Shown piece after piece: positions 34,101-64,000 of a DNA stretch of 64,000 bases. Source of the stretch: Mizuhopecten yessoensis (lineage: Eukaryota); contig NW_018407102.1 of assembly GCF_002113885.1 (NCBI RefSeq), forward strand, positions 190,515 to 254,514, written 5' to 3'. The notes below the pieces were generated by a model. The model saw only the letters and a list, made by a program, of their open reading frames with translations, made no database searches and had not been told where the DNA came from. The translations under genes and the position numbers were made by a program. Positions within the stretch are counted from its first letter, which is position 1, and every line of letters begins with the position of its first letter.

Positions 34101-34468
34101 GAATAGCTCCCTAGAGTGATGACAAATAGTGACCAGGAAATGACGAGCTCCCTAGAGTGATGACAAATGGTGACCAGGACTTTACTAGCTCCCTGGAGTG
34201 ATGACAAATAGTGACCAGGATGTGACTAGCTCCTTAGAGTGATGACAAATAGTGACCAGGACATGACTGGCTCCCTAGAGTGATGACAAATGGTGACCAG
34301 GACATGACTAGCTCCCTAGAGTGATGACAAATAGTGACCAGGACTTGACTAGAGTGATGACAAATAGTGACCAGGACTTGACTAGCTCTCTAGAGTGATG
34401 ACAAATAGTGACAAGGACTTGACTAGCTCCCTAGAGTGATGACAAATAGTGACAAGGACTTTACTAGC
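31172..34468. repeat. 41-bp intergenic satellite array, ~80 copies
   Basis: Unit GACTAGCTCCCTAGAGTGATGACAAATAGTGACCAGGACTT with variant copies. Confidence 0.98.
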
Positions 34469-36289
34469 AGACTGAAGGAGCACACCCATGTGAGGTACTT
34501 AAATATGATGGGAATCCAAAGGAGATGAAGCTTGAGTGATTTTATATGAAAGAAAAGTAATTTCGACTTTACCTCAGTACCTCTTATTATTTCTAAATTT
34601 CATCAATCCAGGTAATTGTATGTTCTTATAAAAGATATCAGAACCAATATTAAAACTAATTAATTGCAGATCCAGGATAATGGGGTTCAGGGGTCGGCCC
34701 CCTTGAAGGGGAAGTTTAACAACAAACAATCCCCTCCTCATCCATGACTATTCAGCTAAAATTTGAAAGTTTGAATGGGGATATTTATAGAGATTTTTAT
34801 CACTGTCTTTGGGTGCGTCTCAGTTTGTTCCAATTACTACACAATGATTCGCAGCCAAGGCAAAATGAAGATAAAAAAAAAATATCCATTCATTTGAAAA
34901 AGTTTTCTATATAAAAATAGTTCTTGTGTGATTTCAGGTAGAAAAGGGTTGTGTTCAAGTTAATTGAAGGATCCCTGGAGTCAAGATATTTTCATAATCT
35001 TGACAATGAATTTGTGAAAAGTTATCTCCCCATCAAAAATGATATATATTTTTCTCGATATGCAAATGAGTTGTACCACCACAGATATAAGCAGAATAAA
35101 TAAAAGCTAGCAGCTCTTGACCAAGTAGTCTGCTGGATAGCTGAACTACTCGGTAGTGAAGTGGGCGTAAAACCAATCAATCAATCTTGACCAAAGTTCA
35201 ATTTCATTTAGTACAAGGATCAGACCATGTACTCTCAACATCAAGTGTTTTTGTTCTTAGTTACTAGGTTACATGACTTAGTGTTAATCGACAAGGTAAG
35301 AGATGTTATTATGTTTTTGAAATTAAAAGAGGAACTTTAGAGTAGGAGGAAATGAAGCGTCATTAATAAACTATGTGATGAAAAAGAGAAATTGTAATGG
35401 GAAGGAGTGGAACCTGGAGGATGGACTCCACCCTACCTGCTAATTTTGACTTATACGGTATGAAATAATTTGAATATTTGGTCAAATTTTATAAGGGGAG
35501 GAAACTATAATTACACACAGTATGAGACAAAGCAGTGTTTCCCTAGTCCAGGTTTCAGTAAGTCATTTTGAGTTTAAAATTTCCGCAATATACCATCTGT
35601 GGTTAGCCTAATTTCAAGTTTTTGTAAGAGGACTTTTTCCTAATAACTTCTCACTCATTCCAACTTATAGTGTTAGAAATATATTACATTGGTGGTGTAC
35701 AGAGATTTGCATAATGGGCAAATGATAAGGGGAGACTACTAGCAGTGAATGAGTTATAGTTACAGCATTCAGTCTATAGCAGTCGACCCCCCCACCCCCA
35801 CCCCCTAGGAATTTAGTGGTTATAACACTATCTAGTTTGAATTTCAGTACACAATGTTAACAGATGACAATTCTAAACTTTCATAACAGCTACATACAAT
35901 TTTCTGAAATTTTCTTTCTTTGTTTAATGGCCAATTATAGTCTCAAAGACCAGACCAGACCAGATCAGACTAAACGAAATATCCTTTGCTCTTTTGTTGC
36001 AAGTAATTGAAGGTGAAATATGGGTATCACAAAATGTATAGAAAGTGTTGTTTCTTTGTCATCAACGATAAACGCTAGTAAAATTGAACGTGGGTTTCCG
36101 ACGATGTCTCTTTGTGTGAAAGACAAAAAAAATCAAATCTCTAATACCTATTTCTGTATTTTTTACAATATTGAAGTTTAATAGACGATTTTTTTCCTTT
36201 TTACAGTAAATACAATCTAAATATAGACTATATATGAAATATATGTTCAAAGTAAAAAACACAACAGGCAAGAAAATACAACAGACAAT

Positions 36290-37322
36290 ATTTCTACTGA
36301 AAATTGTGTTTATTGAGTTTTACAAGCACCCACCTGTGAATACAGTTCCAAGACAAAAATTTAACATAACAATGAAACAAAGAAATGCCAACAAGTCTGT
36401 GTCAACCGCAGTATCGCACAGATATTGTGATTCAAACAGATAATGTTTGTTTGAATTTCTTTTATTGACATTTTTTAATATATTAAGATATGATATAAAC
36501 ATTGGCACTGTTATATTACAGCTATAGCAACATTGATAAAACACAGATTTACACACAAAATATATTTCAGGACTTCAAATAATATGTCAAAACAAAGTCC
36601 CAGGATATTGTGAAGAAAAAGAAAACAAATAAATGTATTATGATATGATAAGATTATGCACTTTTTTAAAAGGAGCATTTATGAATTTGTAAAAAAACAA
36701 AAAATATTGGCCTTTTGCAAAACAAATAATATTCCACTTTTTACAACGATTTGATTACAGATATGTAACTTAATATATACATGCACTACATTGCACACAA
36801 ATTCTTTTTGTTTTCATATTTTTCACCAATGGCTGTCACACTCAATACTTTCCATTCATTCAAATAAAGAACATACCCATAACACTCATTTGCAGAAATT
36901 ATTACAGGACTTTTATTGAAAGTGAATATATAATGGAATACAAAGACTAATGACTTTGCAAGGATAGATGCAGACAACTGATTGACCTGACCAGAGCTGT
37001 GACATTCGGTGTAAGGTAAACCTGGATCTATGTATCAAATCGTTGTTTTTTGAAGCATGGAAGCTGAATAAATCCTGTGAAACCAAAAGTCACAGATCTT
37101 TTAAGTTATGTGGAATGACCCATTCGTCTACATTTTTATGGTTACATTTTCAGGTGTAAATGCTAATGAAGGTCTTTGAAGTTTTTGTCATACCTCACCT
37201 GACAGAATCAGCGGGCATATGTTCCTAAATGTTGAGGTAAGATGCTGAAGGGAACATGGGTTTTGCCAAACACTTTGTAACTGATAAGAAAGTCTATAAC
37301 TGATTGTTGGAAATACCTGAAT
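36290..37322 (-). other. Candidate alternative terminal exon and poly(A) site of CDKL
   Basis: ACTAAC branch point with TTTTACAG acceptor (AG at 37324-37323); AATAAA on - at 36314-36309 followed by a GU/U-rich downstream element. Confidence 0.45.
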
Positions 37323-37477
37323 CTGTAAAATGTAGTTAGTTTGATATTGTTTTTGGCTTTTAAAAACAAATCATTTTCAAAATTAAATCTCTAAAACATA
37401 TCACTCTCTATCATAGAAAAAAAAAAAAAAAAACATTTTTACAAATTACAATTCCTTACAAAGTACCATGACAGAAA

Positions 37478-38499
37478 TTCCTATCACATGTGAGTGAAGG
37501 GACCATAATGGTAGTATAGGAACATACCAATCACACATCTGTTCCTATCACATGTGAGTGAAGGGACCATAATGGTAGTATAGGAACATACCAATCACAC
37601 ATCTGTTCCTGTCACATGTGAGTGAAGGGACCATAATGGTAGTATAGGAACATACCAATCACACATCTGTTCCTGTCACATGTGAGTGAAGGGACCATAA
37701 TGGTAGTATAGGAACATACCAATCACACATCTGTTCCTGTCACATGTGAGTGAAGGGACCATAATGGTAGTATAGGAACATACCAATCACACATCTGTTC
37801 CTGTCACATGTGAGTGAAGGGACCATAATGGTAGTATAGGAACATACCAATCACACATCTGTTCCTGTCACATGTGAGTGAAGGGACCATAATGGTAGTA
37901 TAGGAACATACCAATCACACATCTGTTCCTGTAACATGTGAGTGAAGGGACCATAATGGTAGAATAGGAACATACCAATCACACATTTGTTCCTGTCACA
38001 TGTGAGTGAAGGGACCATAATGGTAGTATAGGAACATACCAATCACACATCTGTTCCTGTCACATGTGAGTGAAGGGACCATAATGGTAGTATAGGAACA
38101 TACCAATCACACATCTGTTCCTGTCACATGTGAGTGAAGGGACCATAATGGTAGTATAGGAACATACCAATCACACATCTGTTCCTGTCACATGTGAGTG
38201 AAGGGACCATAATGGTAGTATAGGAACATACCAATCACACATCTGTTCCTGTCACATGTGAGTGAAGGGACCATAATGGTAGTATAGGAACATACCAATC
38301 ACACATCTGTTCCTGTCACATGTGAGTGAAGGAACCATAATAGTAGTATAGGAACATACCAATCACACATCTGTTCCTATCACATGTGAGTGAAGGGACC
38401 ATAATGGTAGTGTAGGAACATACCAATCACACATCTGTTCCTGTCATATGTGAGTGAAGGGACCATAATGGTAGTATAGGAACATACCAATCACACATC
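37478..38499. repeat. 64-bp near-perfect minisatellite, ~16 copies
   Basis: Unit CCTGTCACATGTGAGTGAAGGGACCATAATGGTAGTATAGGAACATACCAATCACACATCTGTT. Confidence 0.98.
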
Positions 38500-40092
38500 C
38501 TGTTAAACATATCAAATATTTGAAGAAAAGATGATGATGAATAATTTACGCTGTCAATTCAATAGCTTAATTTTCACAATTTAAGTAACATTAGCAAAAA
38601 TGTTTTTATACCCAAATGTACATCTCAGATTTCAGAAATTATCATATCACACCAGACTAGAAGATTGCTAACTAGGTTCGAGTCCAAACTATTAATTGCT
38701 CAGATTCTATTGATTTTTTTTTTTTTACACTGAAATTTTATTTTTCACACAAATGACTACAAAAATATTTAACATGAAAAATATCATTTGAATATGAATG
38801 AATGTAACATATTGCAGGATATGTAGAAAATATTGGCAAAAAAATCACCAAATTATGAGTATGTTGAAAACTCTCAAATAATGAAATACATGTACGGTAT
38901 TTGAGAATGACATCACACATCTTTGAATTAATATCAAGTTTTCCACACACAAAATGAAAGAAAGTAAACGTTACTACCTCATCTCTCATTGACACTGAAA
39001 TAAAACCCTCTGACTTTCTCAGATTCTTTTTTCCCCTCTATGAGAAAGTGACTGTGGGTAGTTATGACTGTCCTAAAAAGATAGTTTTTAAGTTTAATGC
39101 AGTTTATTAAAAAGAAGATGAATTTTCAAACTTGAGCAAACCATATGAAATTTGAAAGAAAAGGAGTGAATTATAAGCAATAAAACTTCAATATTTATAA
39201 CCAATATTATGTATAATGTACCTAGAATTTCATTGATGTAGGAGGTTTATATGAGTCATGCAATAAGATTGCACAATACAATGTAATTTCATGTACAAAT
39301 ATAATACAAAAATATCATAGTATCACTGGCTTTGGAAATGACCTAAAAAGATTGAAATTATATTCATTTTTTAAAGGAATTTCAATACATCATAAATATG
39401 GCATAAAACTAAAAAAAAACACCTTCTTTTATAAGGTTTAAAAAGCACATAATCCTGTGCTATGACAAGTGCTGTAAAGCAATTATGAAAAAGTGTTTAC
39501 TTTTTCTCACACCATTGAATCACTTTTAAATTTCCTTGAATATTGAGTTGGGATATTAATAGTTCGGGGTTTTATTTCATTCAAAAAAAATGTATTTGCT
39601 TTTATATTGTTTTCTTCAGTTCAAACAGTGAAAAAACATGCAATATCAAAAAGAAATCTGGACATAGAAATATGACAAACTTTTTAAACAAAATCAGGAC
39701 TCTACCAAGAATTTGAAAAAGATTTTTTTCTATGAATATTTATACTACTGTGAAAGAACAGTTGGAAATAAAAACTCATGTAATCATTCTATGGTAATTT
39801 CTAATTTCCTAAAACTAATAGTTACATGACTAATTACGACTTTAAACGGATTTAAATTGGACTAGGAATGTTGATAAATATAAACAAAATGTGTGCAAAA
39901 CCTAAACTGGTGAGCAACCATAAGTATTTATCATATTAGAAACTGAAAGACTTGTTCGCAGAAACTCAAAATAAATTAGGAAAATAAAAATATCTACTCT
40001 ATATCAACAATTTAACAGAACACCCCAACATGTAACTGACAGCCTTGGAGTGATTTTTTCAGGTGTTACAGACTTTCCTAGAGGAAAAGATT

Positions 40093-40510
40093 AACAAGAG
40101 GACCACTGGGCCTGTATTCCACACCTGTTATTTAATGCTGCGTGAAAACTACATCACACAACAGTGTAGGTCAAGGTTGAATATATTAGAATAGACCAAA
40201 GTTTTAATTTATTTGTTTCCTGTAGCCCTTCATTGTAGAATATTACTACGGTACTGGCCAAACAGCATGACCCTACCCCTTTTGGCTACGCAGAATAATT
40301 TGTAAAGATTTTAATCAATTTGATCCCTGTGACCTTGAAAGGTCTTCCATATGAACAAACTTGATATATCTTTAACCCTGCATGCTTACTGACACTGGCC
40401 ATATATGACCTCAGGGCTTTTTGTTATTCAGAGAATTTTTTTTAAATAAAACAGTTGATGCCAGAGAGTTGACAGACCCTGTGCCATGGCAAATGTTCAG
40501 GTGAGCTACA
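40093..40510 (-). mobile_element. Degenerate HINE-type element of the same family
   Basis: AACAAGAGGACCACTGGGCCT..CACACCTG at one end and CAGGTGAGCTA at the other. Confidence 0.6.
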
Positions 40511-41565
40511 AATGATGTAATTTTTGTTAAAAGGCTAGATTTATCTCCCTTCTTACACTCATGAATAATACAATTCCTAGTTACCTCCCTTGACGAGAAG
40601 TTTGGCCTCAAGCAGCTTCACATTTCAGGATGTCAAGAGTTAATTCATTCCATATTCACAATTTGGCAGACTAGACCAAGCTCCTTGTATTACCCTTACT
40701 GATTAAGGGACACAGTTAAAACAAGTTTGCCTATTTTATTGTCTTCAAGAATCAGCATTTTTTTTACAAATGAACAGATATATGTTACTCTCAATTTCTA
40801 CAGCTCGGTAGACTAGACCAAATAATACTGTATTAAAATATTTTATGGACAGCAATTAAAGCAGTGCCAGGCAAACTTCTGGCCCTATGACATGGCATTT
40901 GGAGCACTAACCACTGCACCATGCTGCCAAAATATGTATGGAAATTTATAAACACGAAACTAAAACAAAACAGAGGCTGAACTGAAACCCATACACAAGC
41001 AATGATTTTTTTTCATTTCTGCAAAATTGAAATTTTTCATCCAGATAAAATCAATAGAATTTTTTTTTTTAATTACAATAATATCATGTTTCAAAAAAGA
41101 CAATCTATTAGATTTCTTTTGACAACAATTGCATAAAACAGATCGCACAGGACAATCTTTACAACTTGATGCACTTGTGAAACGATATTTAGCAACATAT
41201 AGCCAGTGCAAACAAACCATCAAGATAATCTGAAAATCTGTTTTTTTTATATTTATGGTCATCTTCTTTTACTTTGTAATTACAGTTTCACTTTCTGGGA
41301 ATGTCACTTTATCATTTCATAAGAAATGATTTCCATGTAAACAAAATCACTTTTTTTACAAATAGTCACTCTCTTCATGTCCTTTCAAAGAATTTCTAAG
41401 CGACTGTAAAACATTGATTTGCTTGCAGTGTTTCTTTCCCACTAACTCCTTCAGTAGCAGTCACACCTTTCTGTTGCTATGGTAACGGTTCCTATAGTCA
41501 ATGTCCACCTCTGACCTATCCCAGTTTAAGGTCCATGTTTAAATATTTCCATACAAGGTTAATTG

Positions 41566-62958
<21,393 letters not shown>

Positions 62959-64000
62959 CTGCAATCAATAGAAGAAAAAAAAATATTATAAATTCTAGGA
63001 TAACCCAGGTCAAGGTTTCAAGTCATCTTGATGCATTATGCTGATGGATAGTGAAACACTTGTGTCTCAGCTAATTCATACAATTGTGAGTTGATTGTAA
63101 AGACTGCAACATCATCATTGGGTATATTGAAAATGAATAGCATAAGAACTGTGTGATAATATTGGCAAAATATTTAGTGGTAAATGACTCTCATTGAGCC
63201 AACTGTAATGGAGATAATAACAGATAAATTTGTTAACCACCCTTCGGGTGCTCTCTAACATCTAGTGTCTAGTTTAAACATTAAATAGAAAGACTGTCTT
63301 GGTGATTTGATGCAGGTTAAAGCATACAACTACACTACAAGATCAACATATTTGTTTTTTCTGTTTTGTTTATTGGTAATGTTTGGCTAATTGATTTTTG
63401 TGCTTAGTGACATTCAATATTTACTACAGCCCTCAACTGCTAGAGAATTTCAAAATCTCTTCTTGCTCTAATTTCCACAAATTAAAATGACTGCTACAAG
63501 ATCTAGAGTTGATTCTAATAGTTCATTTTCATCTCAGCTCCTAGTAAATTTAGAACAAGCAATTGCTGTTGTCAATCAGCTGTTGTCAATCAACTGTTGT
63601 CAACAACTGCTTGCCCAAAAGATCAACAACCCTAAAACAGCAGTCTACCATGTCTATTGTTGATTAGACCAACATAAAATTTTCCACTTTGGTCAACAAT
63701 CATTGGTTTAAAGGATCATAAACCATTGCCTAGGGACTTGGGTGGTTGACTATGAACGTTTAGCTATACAGAAGCTTCATCGGAGATCAGTCTGTATATT
63801 TTTGAGTACATTGTAATACCAAAACAGGATATTAATACAGTACAGCTTATCAAACCACTATATAACTGTACATAAGTACTGTATAACTATATATGTATTA
63901 TATACACCTAATTTAATTCGCCTGGCGTCTATATGGTATTAAATATTGTGAGGAGCTTGAATCTATTTTTGCACTCTTAGTGCATAAAACAAATCTATTT

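Noticed and set aside
31172-34468. C/D snoRNA cluster or hammerhead ribozymes (GTGATGA in every unit)
   Set aside because: No CTGA D box or terminal stem, and the hammerhead core CTGANGA...GAAA is absent.
31172-38499. 41-bp and 64-bp arrays as CRISPR arrays
   Set aside because: Units are contiguous with no unique spacers, there are no cas genes, and the context is eukaryotic.

Overview
AT-rich, CpG-poor eukaryotic genomic DNA with GT-AG introns. The repeat landscape (Helentron/HINE-type elements, many TACATGTA palindromes) suggests a bivalve mollusc such as an oyster; this is inference. Two convergent spliced genes fill the window. On + is a complete SH2D4A/B-like gene: 10 coding exons, 7159-26151, 1338 nt, 445 aa, ending in a class I PDZ-type motif. 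On - is a CDKL2/3-like kinase whose first coding exon(s) lie beyond 64000: 10 core exons from 62958 to 41566 join in frame, with several candidate cassette and alternative last exons. Introns and the intergenic gap hold minisatellites (38, 41, 64, 39, ~44 and 27 bp units), HINE elements, small MITEs and SINE fragments. The long ORFs in the ORF track at 42.5-43.9 kb and 47.8-49.1 kb are repeat artefacts. The most unusual signal is a ~100-nt intronic element (61864-61962) just downstream of the CDKL activation-loop exon. It is a degenerate copy of that exon's end with a decoy donor, and it can also form mutually exclusive hairpins that could mask either the real or the decoy 5' splice site. A minisatellite that amplifies an SH2D4 splice donor ~16 times and several frame-preserving candidate microexons also stand out.
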